Shown one piece after another: positions 48,481 to 62,016 of a DNA stretch of 64,000 bases. The position numbers were made by a program, and so were the translations under genes. Each line of letters opens with the position of its first letter. The first letter of the stretch is position 1. This stretch comes from Lytechinus pictus (taxonomy: Eukaryota): contig NC_087246.1 in NCBI RefSeq assembly GCF_037042905.1, forward strand, positions 56,482,001 to 56,546,000, written 5' to 3'. The notes under the pieces are model-generated. The model worked only from the letters and a program-made list of their open reading frames with translations. It was not told where the DNA came from and ran no database searches.

Positions 48481-51400
48481 TTCTCATCTTACATTTCTTT
48501 CCCTGTTTTCTTGCTTTCCGAGGTGCTCTGAGGGAGTCACATCCCGATAAAGTGGTAGCTTATCTTCTAAGTATCCTATCAATTACTTATCTTGTTTTCA
48601 GACTAGTTCCTCTTAATATGATATATGTTTAATTTCACCATGTTTTAACAAAGTGCCACAGCAAATCTGTTAAGGTATATGCCTTTTTAATGCCAAATAT
48701 GTTTCAATGCATTCTAATTTGGTTATATTTCACAAGTAACATGGAAAAAGTGGTATAACATATTCCAGGGATAAAGTGATGGATCTACACTTTAATATAT
48801 TTGAGTTTTTATATATAGCATTTCAAGGGTTTCTCGATGGAAATACTAAGTGTGCCAGAAGTGTCAACTAATTTTGCCTTCATTTGATTCACAATTGGAA
48901 AGCTGCCAATCAATACTTTGAATTGCTACTTCACACCATTTGTTAAATATTGCCAATTAAAGGAATATTTTCTATTGTCAGCACATGTATACAAGACCTA
49001 GCTAATAATATCAACATGATTACACTTAGGAATCATTCATAGCATTATCACCCCCTTTATATCCACTTCTCTTTACTCCCCTCCTTATTTTTCCTCTTCA
49101 TCTTTTCTTTTCTTCCTCTCCTTTTATCTTCATCACTTCTCTTTTTTTTCCCTTCCACTTCTTTCTCCTCTTTTCTTCTTATTCTTCTTCTCCTCATTTC
49201 CCTGTCCCATCCTCCCAATCTCTACTATTTTTTCTTCTATGCAACCTATTCTCACTTCGCATATGTTTAAGCGAGTTTTAATGACAAACTGTCATTGGCC
49301 AAGGGTGTTTTATCCCTTGAAAAAATATTTTAAACCATGGCTGAAAAGGGCTTCTTACATTTTGTCTAGGTTTCCTGGTAGGTCTTCCTTGAAATTGATG
49401 TATTAAATGCAATACTATGAGAATATATAATTCATTTGACTTTGTATCATATTGAATACAATATCAAGATTCTGAAAGCCAATTTGTACCACACCCCCCC
49501 CCCCCCATTCACATTTTCAAATAACTTGCCACATATAGGTAGTGCATTACAGAACATGCACATTAGTGCATCAGAATAATTGAAGAAACTTTCAAATTAT
49601 GAAACCTTTTTCAAAAAGGAGTTTCAAAAGAAAAATGACAAAAAGTGCCAAAACCACATTTGTAGTGACTTTATCTTCTCAGATATAACAAAACACCATC
49701 AAATAACTGATCATTGATTGTGTTAATTATCTAATTTTTCCCATAGAAAACACACATCAGTATTCAACTTTCAAGTCACAAAAATTTTGCTTAAGTTTGG
49801 AGTTTGATAAAGTTTAATAAAACATCTGTGATGTGAATGCATTTATGAAAATTTGCCAGGAATAATAAGAAACCCCTGCAGACAACAAAGCAAAGAATGC
49901 AGCAGCAACCAGGAGAACAATCACTTTCTGTGTACATGATATTATTTATTAAATGTGCCACATGATTAATCAACATGAATTCAAGGTTGTTCAGTCACAA
50001 GAAATCTGTGAGAGGAAATGGAAGTACGGAGATGTCTCAAAGAAATCAGTAATAACCACACAATTATGTACAGATGAAAGACTACATTGATAAATAGGTT
50101 ATCCGTAAATTATCTACCAATCACTCATTTTTCATTCAAATAGTATGGAGATATTTACTCTTTTTATACATGTATTTGAAAGACAGCTCATCCCCTCTCA
50201 CTTTTTACATATAATTCATAGACATCAAGATCATTATCCTTCTAAATATCTGATTTTTTTCTCTTTTTAATGATTGGACCATTCTATTTACAATATTGTC
50301 CTTTCAACCATGATATACATGTATATACAAAATGTATTACAAATATTAAATGGACGGATATATCTGATGTAGTATAAATTGATCTGAAATTCATCACGAC
50401 CTACAAAATTTGTTAAAACATTTTAAGATTTTGAAAAAGAAACGTAAAGATAATGGTAAAATAATATCATCTACATGAGGACGGCAGTTCTTTTTAAGGG
50501 GTCAGGTAATCTGGTGTCTGTTGATCACACAGAATTACATATCTAAGAGGACGGCAGTTTCCTAAGGGGTCATGTAAACAAGGGTCTATTCATTCCACAT
50601 GAATATTCCGCAGGACTACATAGTAATACACACATGTATGTACGGTAGAAATTACGTATGTTGATGTGAGAAAAAAATACAAAAATATAAACAAATGATC
50701 ATCAAGAACACAAAATACTATAGCTCAACATCTTTTTTTTATAATAAGTAAATCAATATATTATATTCATATGCAAACATTATGAATTTATTTTTTACAG
50801 AAAAGTCAAATTTATATTTTAAATATCGGAGGCACTTGATGACTCTACTGGATTAACTCGCATCTCATAATCTAGAAGAATGTTCTTTGTCTTGTGAAAA
50901 AGGGATCAGAACATCTGAAATAACATACTTCTAAAGTTCTTTAGATTTGAATTTGAAAGAAAACAAATCAGAAACTATAAATAATTTGAGCAATTTACAG
51001 TTAAGCCTATATTAGGAATAACCTGTAGGAAACCATTTTCCCCCCTGAATCTGTTTCCCCATAATTTTGTTGGCATTTTTCACAGGATCAAAATGTTTAA
51101 TTTCACCAGCAACCCCTCTTAATCATCAATTTATTCAACGGTTTATCTAGCATCAAGCCATTATCACCTGAGGAGCTGAGTATATACTAAAAATGTAATC
51201 AATTGAAAGACGGTATAGCATACCTGAACACTCACAAAATGATCTGATAATCATTACAAATAATTCATTCTTCATTCTTAATAGACTAGCCTGTGAAATG
51301 AACCAATAACAATGATTCTGAATGACAAAGGAGTTGTGGCATCTACATTTTGGATTATTCATGTGTTTCATCTTTCACGATATCATTTTCTTTCACATAC

Positions 51401-53507
51401 AAACTGAGACCTATATGCTATAATAACATTTTCTCATTTTTATTTCACATACATGATACACATATGGTAAGAACATTTATGGTTGCGTCATATGCTTTTT
51501 TATGTTCACCAGTGAAAAATGTGCTTCTACCATTCCAGCAAACCATGCATGGCAGTTCTCGACTAAAACGCCATGAACTTTGAGTTATTTACAGCAACAT
51601 TTATGTTTTTCAATTAAAAAATGGTGTAACATATCCATGTAGTACAGAATTGTGTGCCATAATTTTGTCATATCAAATATATTTATATAAAAATTTACAG
51701 CATAGGTTCTACTTTCTATATTCTGTAGCACAGAGAAATATTGTACATTTCCTGGTAATATATCTCATATTGCATATTTGCATAGCTGAAATCGACTTAT
51801 GAAATCAAATATCAAACGATTGATATAATTAATATCATTTGATCATAATAATATCTTTTCCCACATGATAGGTTGCATTTCACACTCAAGAAGAACCGAG
51901 ATTAGAAAAGCGCAAAGCTCTGCTCAAAATTAAACTACCCACCAAATATCACAAGTTCTAATAAATATACATGGCTTTAATTTTGTAGAATATAACCTAG
52001 GCTCCATCTTCGATTCCCCTAATAGCACATTTGAGAAGTCAATTAATCATCAACTGGTATGTGATTTGCGTATATTGATTTCGCTTCCAATGAAATACAA
52101 ATGTCATAAATAATAATGCTGTAACAACCAAATATACATACAATATTCTCATTACAATGCAAAACGAATTGCTCTACCAACATAGTTAGCAACATTTCCC
52201 AAAATATTTAGCACAAGAAGAACAAAAATCATATTTATTTACAGCATAATTTCCTTCAAACTACACATAACTTTGAGTAATTTTTTTTTTTTCAAATGAA
52301 ATATTTACTAGATTTTAAAAGAAGCAACATTACATAACCAAATTTCTATGGGTTGTCATTGTAGCATGTTAAACTATGAATTCACCTGAAACAAATACAA
52401 AAATATCCTAATCATGATGATGATGACAATACTAAGACTACTTCTACTGATAATGGTAACAATAATTGTCATCATCATAATGTTTTAATGATATGGATTT
52501 AGTTCATAGCACACACAAATATTGGAAATGAGGATCACGTCCATGTGGATTTCTAAAAAAATACCAGACTTTTGGATTCTTATTTTTAATATCACCACTT
52601 GAAATGCAGCAATTTAGCTGTGTCTAAATAGGACCAATGCAAGATTGTAATAGAAAACAAAAATGATGACAAAATACCACTAAGCTACAGTACTGGAAAT
52701 GAACATCAAATTAAGTCATTTTATATAAAAAATACCATGAATTTATACAAAATGTTATCAACGTATAGATAAGTTTTGATACTATGAATGCAGTCTTTCT
52801 TGAAAGAAAAGACTCATATATCATATTTGTTAACTCTGTAAAAGACACAACTACAATAATGATAACCTAATCATTGAATGCCTCAGCAATTGACTCTTAT
52901 GTAATGAAAAAGTTTAAGAAATAAGTGACCACCCAGTTTACATGTAAACCCACCAATATTCTGCCAAACCAATATGAACTTGAAAGTTTTTAGGTTCACT
53001 GAAACGTGACATAAATTTTGTGAAAGATCTGTCAGAATTATGAGCAGTCCACCTGTGAGAAATGTTCATTTAGAAACACTTGTACCTTGCTTGAGAACAT
53101 TTCATATTTCGGTTGTAGGCCGAGGGTGGTTTACTCTTTCAGATCACCGATTTTTCTCAATTTTGATTTCTGAAGCTAAAATGACCAATTTGGCAACTTT
53201 ATGTGGGTTTCAAGGTGGCTTGCCATGCATGTAAATACTTCCTAATCAATAAGAACTTTAATTGACTGTATCAACAATTTAATCTAATTCTAATCTTCAT
53301 CTCTCACGGCCGAGAACTGTTGACAACATTTCACAATTACAAAGCAACAGGAGTGATAATTTCCATGTTACCAACCTTCATCATATAGTACTTAGAATGT
53401 CTCTTAAAAATATAGGCAATGTCAACTTCAATGACATATGAATGACGGCACAGCTATTGCCTCCAGAATGATACTATCCCATGATATCTCCTGTGAGCCG
53501 ACAGAGG

Positions 53508-53624
53508 TCACATAACGATGCACGCCTTACTACCTCCCTCTACCTTCTCTCCCTGTTTGTTCGTTCTGACGACTGTCCCAGAATTCCCTTGTCCTGATCC
53601 TGCTCCATTCTGCAGTTTCATAAG
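53508..53624 (-). CDS. Terminal coding exon ending …GSKACIVM* (CaaX)
   Basis: tttccacag acceptor, TGA at 53508-53510; frame differs from the ORF-track call. Confidence 0.75.
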   Translation of the reverse strand, partial: LMKLQNGAGSGQGNSGTVVRTNKQGEKVEGGSKACIVM

Positions 53625-56600
53625 CTGTGGAAATGACATTTAATAAACATGATGAAAAATGAAATCTCGTGATAAGAACAAATTTCACAAATCTTAAATC
53701 AGCTATTTCCATTATTTGTAATTAGCCCCCCCCCCCCCCCGGTACTCCTTTAACTTCTTTACCCTCCTGCTTCTCAGAACAATCATATTAGATTGATGGT
53801 TCATTATATGAGCTTTATTATCGTTATCATCATGAATATTGCTTGCATAGCTGATATTATACCATGATCAAACCCACATTTCCTTTCAAAGTCTTCATGC
53901 AACATGCGGAAATAAACTTTTAATCGTATATAAATATGCTTCAAAGAATAATCATCCATGAAAGAGAGTGCGCTATTTATAAAAATCACAAAATTTACCG
54001 GAAAAAATTAATGTCTTGTATAATGTATATTTTCATATCTCATAATAGATCTTTAAACTTTTCTCCGGAACTTTCTTTTAAAAATTGACTTTATTTCCAT
54101 CCTTTGGATGACAGACATTTCAATGAATGAATAAATCAACTAACAATACATTTTTATTAAAGCTACTTATCATTTCGTTCTACCTGAATCATACAATTTA
54201 AGAACTAGCATTAGTAATACCGATCACCTTCCATTAACAAACATCAATAGCAACAAATACCCCCATACATATACAAAATGGAACGACAACAATGTGTTAC
54301 AAATAGCTTGCATGACTGTGCGATTACATGCATTGTCAATGATGGGTTATTCAATGCAATATCAATGAACTTGAATACAGTCAAACTTGTGGGAAGAGCC
54401 TCCAAATAAAGCTACCTAAATTATTTGGTTGCCTTTACACACTCAATGGCCCGAATTCACAAAGGTGGTTTTGAAAACCATCGATTAAACGTTGAACCCA
54501 TGGTTTATGAAGATTTCCTGTATAAATTATGCTTTATGTACCGCGTATATTAAAAAGTGTCCAATGCTGATACGCGCTTTTGTCACAGTGCGCCAAATTA
54601 ATGCTTGTTGCCATGGTTAAGTATGCTATTTTATTCATGAGTACACTGTTTGAAGAGTGCACTCATGAATACAATAGCATGGATAACCACGGCAACAGAT
54701 GCCAACTTGGCGCACTGTGACAAAAGCATGCATCAGCATTGGAAATTATTTAATATACGAGGTAAATAAGTGTAATTTATACAGGAATTCTGCACAAACC
54801 ATGGGTTCAACTGATGTTTTTAAAAACCACCTTTGTGAATTTGGGCCAATGAGATGCTATCAAAATAAAGTCTTTATACAATCAGACATGCTAAAAAGCA
54901 GAATAGTTATTTGTCAGTATTTTTGCTTACAAAATGCTTTGTTTCTGTTTGGATTGTAGGTTATCATCCAATATAAAGAAAACGATATCAAGATCATTGA
55001 CTTTGGTGAAGTAATTTCAATTATATGCCTATTATTTAAAATTCATATGGAAGTGTACATTGTTCGGGAGAAGCATATTGATGTGTGTCAACTTTTCAGT
55101 TAGAATGGATGAAAGGCTTCTCTTATAACATTGTACATGTCATATGAAATATAATTTTGACAAAATTTGGTTGAAAAACATGCCCATTTGAAAAATAATT
55201 TGATTTTTTTTTAAAAACCCCATCAAATTCAATGATCTCACATTATTGCTTTTCAATAGAGGTTGCTTTTGTAATTGGTGTAATAGAATATGTTTGAAGA
55301 GAAAGTACATTAAATCCATCGTTCAGCATTTGGGGGCACCCAATTTAGTACCTTTTTTAACTTAAAGTTAAACTGACATTTAATCAAAAGTCTGACTGTA
55401 TTTAATAATGATTAATGCAATTAATTTACTCTGCTGAAAGAAATATGATTTAAAGCAAATTGTTAACAATTAACGGAAGGCCATTTCTCTAGATATAAAG
55501 CAATGTAAAAACAAATATTGAAACGAAATGTAAATTTAATGAAATCAATACATAAGAAATAAATTTGAGGTGAAATGAAACTATCAGAATGCAATGATCA
55601 ATTGAAAATTACATGGAACATGAATGATGTGAGCAAGTAAATATGATTTCAAATGTTCATTTAAAAATATAGATATAAACCTGTACAGTATATCAAAATA
55701 TACAGTGATCTTACACTAAATTTTTATTGAGTGTAGTCATGACATTAGATACTTTATGTGAAATATGTATTAAGTAAACTTAATCTTAAGAGAGCTAGCA
55801 GGAATGTCTGACACAAACTCTAATATCTAAAGACATAATTGCTCCAGTTAACTCTAAAACAAAATTAAAATACTATTCTAAATCAAGAGCCTATTTCTTT
55901 AGATCAGCTCACTTCACATAGATCAATAACTTAGAAAAAAGAAAAAAAATACAAGGAAAAGGAATCCACAAGCAATGAAAAGAAATACTGAAATTCAGCA
56001 AGGGATACAGACACATATATAAACTTTACAAAGCAAAATAATTACACTTTTTTTTAAACTTTGCATTAAGATAATAGAGCTTCTGCTGATGCAAGTATAA
56101 ATCATATCCAGCTGCCAGCCTGCCAGAATTTAGATGGATATTAGATAAATAGAAGCAACAGGGAGGGTGAGTGTGTAGGAGGGGGGGAGGGGGTGAGGGT
56201 GTGTCAATGAGGGAGTGCCAAGCCTATGTGGTAGTAATTAAGGTGGTATCTAGGACACAGTCCTTTCTATTATATACAGTGCGTTCCAAAGGGAAATAAA
56301 TTATGATATTTCATTTACATAGTCATATAATTCAATTATTCCTCTTAACTTTGATACCTAACATGAGACAAACACATGCATTATATAATAAGCGAGACAA
56401 ATTTGAAATTTCAATGTCAAAACCAGGGGAGTGTTTCATTAACATTTTCATCCGACAAGTTGTCAGATCTGACATCTTTCTCTGATGTTGATTGGCTGAG
56501 AGGTACTGTTACTATGGTAACTGTCGGATAAAGGGGGACTTGATTAGTTCGAGATATGACGACCTTGCTTATTTGACGATAGGCTCATTAGCATTTCTTT

Positions 56601-59600
56601 TTTAATTCTTTGTTGAGTTTCACTCACTGATCCCTGAAGTGAGAAAGGATTCAGATTCACATGTGAGTTTCTGCAAAAATTGTTCCTGATATGCCTCAAT
56701 ATTTATTGTTTGTAATCTGCCATGCATGAACGATTTGCTTAGCTGTTGATTTCAATTTCAAGAGGGATTCCACTCTTGCCATGAGTATCAAATTTTTAGT
56801 AAAAAACATATTTAATAATTGTGAAGTCTATCTCTGAAAATGGGTTTCCTTTTTTGTGGGACGCACTGTATAATATTCAAAAGTGAACTTGCTGATAATA
56901 CGTGCAGTCAGTTATCAATTGAGTGTACCACACCAAAATGGAAGAAGATTAAGAATGGGGAGCAAAATCTAATATCAGGTTAAATTCCTTTATTTTTCCA
57001 TGCTCTGCAATTGGATCAGGAATATTCATAAGCCTTTAAATTCTGGGCCAATACACGGTTATCTTTGGAGTAATTGGGTTTACAGGATTTGATCATCTCT
57101 ATGTCTTGTAAGTTTTGAATAAAGTATACAAAGAAAATACATGAATGTAGATTTGGAAAATAAATTAAAAACAAGGTGAATTTATTCTTTTGCATCAATA
57201 GCATCAAAGGATCCATCAGGGGACAAAATGTAGATATGTTTTCCCATAAAATGGTCAGATGATTACATACCAATATATATAAAATGAATACAATTTTAAA
57301 GATGGGTAAATGCCAGTAGATATTATGAACAAAAGGAGAATGTAACAGAGATCTTTATCTCACTATATCAATGACATAAATGAGGAGCTTGATTCAAAAG
57401 GGTATTACTTCAACTTTTGGTAAAAATTGAGATTAAGGTTGATTCCTGTCTTTGAACAAAAGTTTTAACCAAACAGGAGCAACTCTTGAATAATAACTTT
57501 TCCACAAATGCCTACATGTACAAAATAATGTAAACTAGTTTATTTTGAAGTCAAGGAGCTCACTTGTTGAACCAAGCTCTACAAATTAGAAAGATAGTAA
57601 AAGAGTAATTAGGGGAAGAGATTATGCAACATTGTAGAAGACAATCTGACACCACAAGGGCATCAACAAATAATATTGACAAGAAAAGAATATGAAGCAA
57701 TCTTTATCACTGAATTAATTTAAAAAATCAAAATTAAAAAGTTATGGTGTAATCATGCAACATGCAAAAGAAAAAGCTAATAATATCAGTGTCATCTGCA
57801 GATAATGAATGGAGAGAAAATACAAACTATTCCTAATCTCACAGAAGAAAAGACGTAATTGATATAGTCGATGAACAAGGAATGTTGTGAAGAGATTTCA
57901 ACAGAGATAGGCCACAGAAACAATCACCGAAAGAGGCATGGTGTTCACCAAAATGAAACCAGAATATTTGTAAAGCTGGGAAGAATGTTGAAACTAGACA
58001 ATAAAATCATATTATGAAACAAATATATGAATGTGAACTTGGAATGTACAAAATGTATGTCTATGAACTTTTCTTTCACACACTTTAATTTATACTTTAA
58101 AAAAGTAAACAAACAAATCTAGCCTCCACCCTAAATAACTCAATGTTTCACTTTTTCATCTCATGACTTAATAATGGTATTATTATCAAAATGCACCAAA
58201 TGCAGAGACAATATAAGATTTTGAGAAATCTTTTGCATTCTGGAACAAAGTAATGTGCATTTTATAAGAGGTAAACAAATGGACTTTCTCAGTTTCTCAG
58301 TTAAAATGTAGCTACTTCTTTATAAGACAATTATCATGAAGTACTTATAGAACTTTTAAAATGGAAGTTATTATCCTGAATTCTGTTAAAACAGGAAATT
58401 GTCAGTGCATTTTCATTTCAAATATCTAGAATAATTTTCAAGACATCCAATTTGTACACTTGTTCTTATCATTCTCATGCAGTTCAACAAGAACGTTACA
58501 GAAGCATATTTTACAAGGAGAGATAGCACACTTGAACGGAAGCACATTATAGGCAACATAGAATGAGTATCTTCAATATCACAAGTCTTCTCACATGACT
58601 ACATGCATACGCAGACACCTGACTGTGGTTTCTTGCCAGTAGCTGCTTCATGGACTTGATTCATCTACAAATATCAAAATTAAACAGACATTCTGGTTGA
58701 GAAGAAGGTGGGTGGACAGGTCCCATGTGAAATCATTGGGGCTTGGTCGCAACTGACCGACACTCAACAGAAACTAATATAAATGACATCTTTGGGGTCA
58801 ATTGTGACACATACATGATTGTGAAAAAATAATTTTGGGTTTAATTCCGGTGAGGTGAGTAAATCAAATAAATAAATTAAACTGAATAATGCAGGAACTT
58901 AAAGTTTCCTATGTTTTAAACAGAAGTGCACACAGCAGGAGTTCTGTGCTAAAGATTGCATATTTCAAACATCAATTTTGTTTATAAAAATGGAAATGCT
59001 TCAATAATCACTTGAATTAGCTGGTATGCAAAATGTGAATCACACTGTGTGTATATATCGAAGAATTGTGAAAGTAGATTGACATGAAAAGTTCTGTACA
59101 ATTCATTTTTCGGCAAAATACTATTTCACATTAAAAGAAAAAGAGAGAAATGGCCTCCCCCCAAAACAAAAATGAGAGAGAATATGACATTAATTACTTC
59201 ATAATCTATTCACCTATAATCATAATAAAATAATTTTAGCATTTCAGAATACAAATCTTAAATGTCTTCTCACCCTACAAATTAAAAATATGACCTATCG
59301 ACAAACAGACAAAACATATCCAGATATAACAAAAAGTAGCAAAACTTATAAAGAAAACAAAAGAACAGCGAGAGCTAGAAATGAGAGAGGGATGGGAAAG
59401 CATGAATCATCAACAAAAACATGCAATATTCCGAAGTAACATACAAGGAGAAGAGATGTATCTAAACAAAAAATTATGAGTATGATGAAATATCTCCTAA
59501 CTTGCTTGAAAAAGAGAATCAAACCAAAACATTAATTTATGAAACAATAACGATTCATATTTCAATGAACAGGAATCTTCTAAAGCCATGCTCCACCCCT

Positions 59601-62016
59601 CCTAAAGACAATACAGTAATAAATCTAAGTTTAAATGGAGAAAATGCTATCACAAGTATAATGTCTAAAATGAACAGCTTTAGTGTCAGCCAATACAAGC
59701 AATTACATTATCAAATCATTAACAGCAAGCAAATCAGACATAGAAAGAGCTTCGCACAGACAGAATTTAGATGGAATCATTAGTAAAGAGTGCTAAGATG
59801 AGAAACAATTAAGTTACATGCGTGATGTTACAACAGCAGAGTGTTTAGTTGCCGATTTGCAGGATGAACTTTAATACAGGCAGTGGTGTTAATTTATCCT
59901 GTGTTATTGCGGTAGTGGTTAGTGTTCTTGCAAATCAATTTGCCCAGTGCGCCAGCTGCTTGATGCTCATTACAATGCATGATAATAGACAGACAAGATA
60001 TTGCAGGAATGCAGACAATTTGTTGCTTGATTGGGTTAGGTAAAATTATATCCACAGAAATAACGAAATATAGAACAAGGGGGTGAACTACAACACTGGC
60101 AGCTGGATTAAGGCAATCCCTTACATCAGCTTTTTTGTCGCTTCCATTGTTTTGTGGTGGTAATTTGGTGGTGCCATTCGTGCCTGCTGGCGATGTAGGA
60201 GCCTTGACTTTGGCCGATGGAGGCCTCGGAGGCCCGTTGGCGGCTTGTGGAGAATTGTTTGATGAAGGCTGCATTTTTTGGTCGGGGTCTAGCTCAAAAC
60301 TGTAAATGCTTACGCTGTCCTCCTGTTTGCAAAATGATGGAAATTGGAAACATAGTGCACACTGCAAAATGGTTTTTGTTTTACAGTAAATCCCACTCAT
60401 TAAAGCGATATTATGATGCAAAGATAAAGCTAAACTACATGTATCCTAGCTTGAGGAGGATAGTCCAGGATGTTTTGTACGTTCCAGTTTGTCCAAGTCT
60501 GTCTAGTGAATAAAAACTCCATTTTACCAATGACATCACCCATGGATCAAGCATTCTAAAATAGCAATTTGAAAACCACATCAGAATGATCTCCTAAGTT
60601 CTAACATTGATGTCAACTACAAATAGTCTCAAGTCTTTGACTACAAAGACCATTTAGAAAGATATTACTTCTTTATAGATATTGTGGATTGGCTAGAAGG
60701 GGAGATTTAAATGAAATTGATAAGAGACAGATGAATACCAAAATATCTTTCTTCTATACTCTACATACATATAATTCTAGAGAAGGAAAAAAAATTGAAT
60801 TTCAACATTAAAATATATAAACAGTTGGATTACATGAGGAAAGAAAATTCCTGTAATATCAGACCTATAGATAATTGCTAAAATTAAATATACTAAATGC
60901 AATTAAGAGAGAAATTTATAACAGAGCAGTATTTGTAATCTTAAAATATTAAGGAATACATGAATAATCATAGTGAACAGGCAAGCAATTAATAATGCTA
61001 TAGTCTACATCTATATCTGCATCAAAATCACCATTTATTTATACATGCTTCAACTCAGAAACTTAAATCTAAGCTTATTGTTGTAACTGATACGAAGAAA
61101 TGATTTGAGAGATACAGAGAGAGAAAATAAGAGAGAGAGAAGAAAGATAAGAGGGGGTATGAAGCAAAGAGTTGAAAATTACTAGAGTACAATCTTCTTT
61201 AAATACAAACTTATATCTTAAGAGGTAAAGAAGCATACTATTCTGGGTATAAAACGGATGAATAATCTCACTTAAGTGTAATATTTTATTAGATTCGAGC
61301 CCTATACATTTGCAATGAGATTCCATCATTTACATGTGAACATGATGAAGTTTTACATAGCTTTGCTTTCATAGTCATTATATTATTAACATCTATGACT
61401 ACATGAATGTGATGTGAAATTTACATGGACACTTTAAATCAATGTCAGACACTTCATTTGAATTTAATTGGTGAAGTTGTTGCAGTAAAGAATGTAAAAT
61501 CGTTTTCTTTGTCTTGAAAAAACATCTTTTGCGCCTTTCCTTAAAAGAGCACATGTTAGTCTTGTGTGGTTTTATGACATCATAATTTAATGAAACTGAC
61601 TAAATAAACATACTGAGCAAACTTGGGCTTATCCATTTGAGAGCAATAGAAGAAAACCATCAAAAAAACAAACATGGGAAGGGCAAAAAAGAGGTCCTCT
61701 GAATGCTCAATCAAGTGTGTCAATACTACTTTTTTAAATCAATTTCCTAGGCCTATGTAAACACGACTTTGTAAATTATTATATCAATGTGTGTTAGGAG
61801 ATGCTGAGCTATGATTACAATCAGATCATGGTGTATATTAGATGGCCATGATGAAAACAGACAAATGAAGAGCATATGATATATTAGACACTCAATGGAA
61901 TCAAGAACTGCCCTTCCAAAATTCCCTGCGATGACTGGCCCACATCGTAGGCTTACATTGTTATTAGAGCCTCCGTTTGCAGCCTTGTTGCGAACATAAT
62001 TATGTGCCGACATCAT
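53508..62016 (-). CDS. 3' part of an unidentified gene encoding a low-complexity tail ending in a CaaX box; exons 62016-61957, 60322-60125, 58664-58611, 53624-53508
   Basis: Four phase-0 exons with good AG/GT sites join in frame: MMSAHNYVRNKAANGGSNNN/EDSVSIYSFELDPDQKMQPSS…GSDKKAD/MNQVHEAATGKKPQSGVC/LMKLQNGAGSGQGNSGTVVRTNKQGEKVEGGSKACIVM*. Confidence 0.7.
54448..54847. mobile_element. 400-bp fully palindromic MITE, 3-bp TSD AAT (Harbinger-like)
   Basis: AAT|GGCCCGAATTCACAAAGGTGGTTTT…AAAACCACCTTTGTGAATTTGGGCC|AAT. Confidence 0.88.
56277..56868. mobile_element. Tc1/mariner-type MITE (related termini) with a partial Harbinger-like MITE inside (about 56424-56545)
   Basis: TA|CAGTGCGTTCC…GGGACGCACTG|TA. 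Confidence 0.7.
58611..58664 (-). CDS. Probable small exon of the CaaX-protein gene
   Basis: atttgtag acceptor, gtatgc donor, 54 nt, phase 0-0. Confidence 0.5.
60125..60322 (-). CDS. Exon of the CaaX-protein gene (Pro/Ser/Asn-rich)
   Basis: caaacag acceptor, gtaagg donor, 198 nt, GC-richer coding-like composition. Confidence 0.78.
61957..62016 (-). CDS. Exon of the CaaX-protein gene
   Basis: ttttcctcacctag acceptor, gtaagc donor, 60 nt. Confidence 0.65.
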
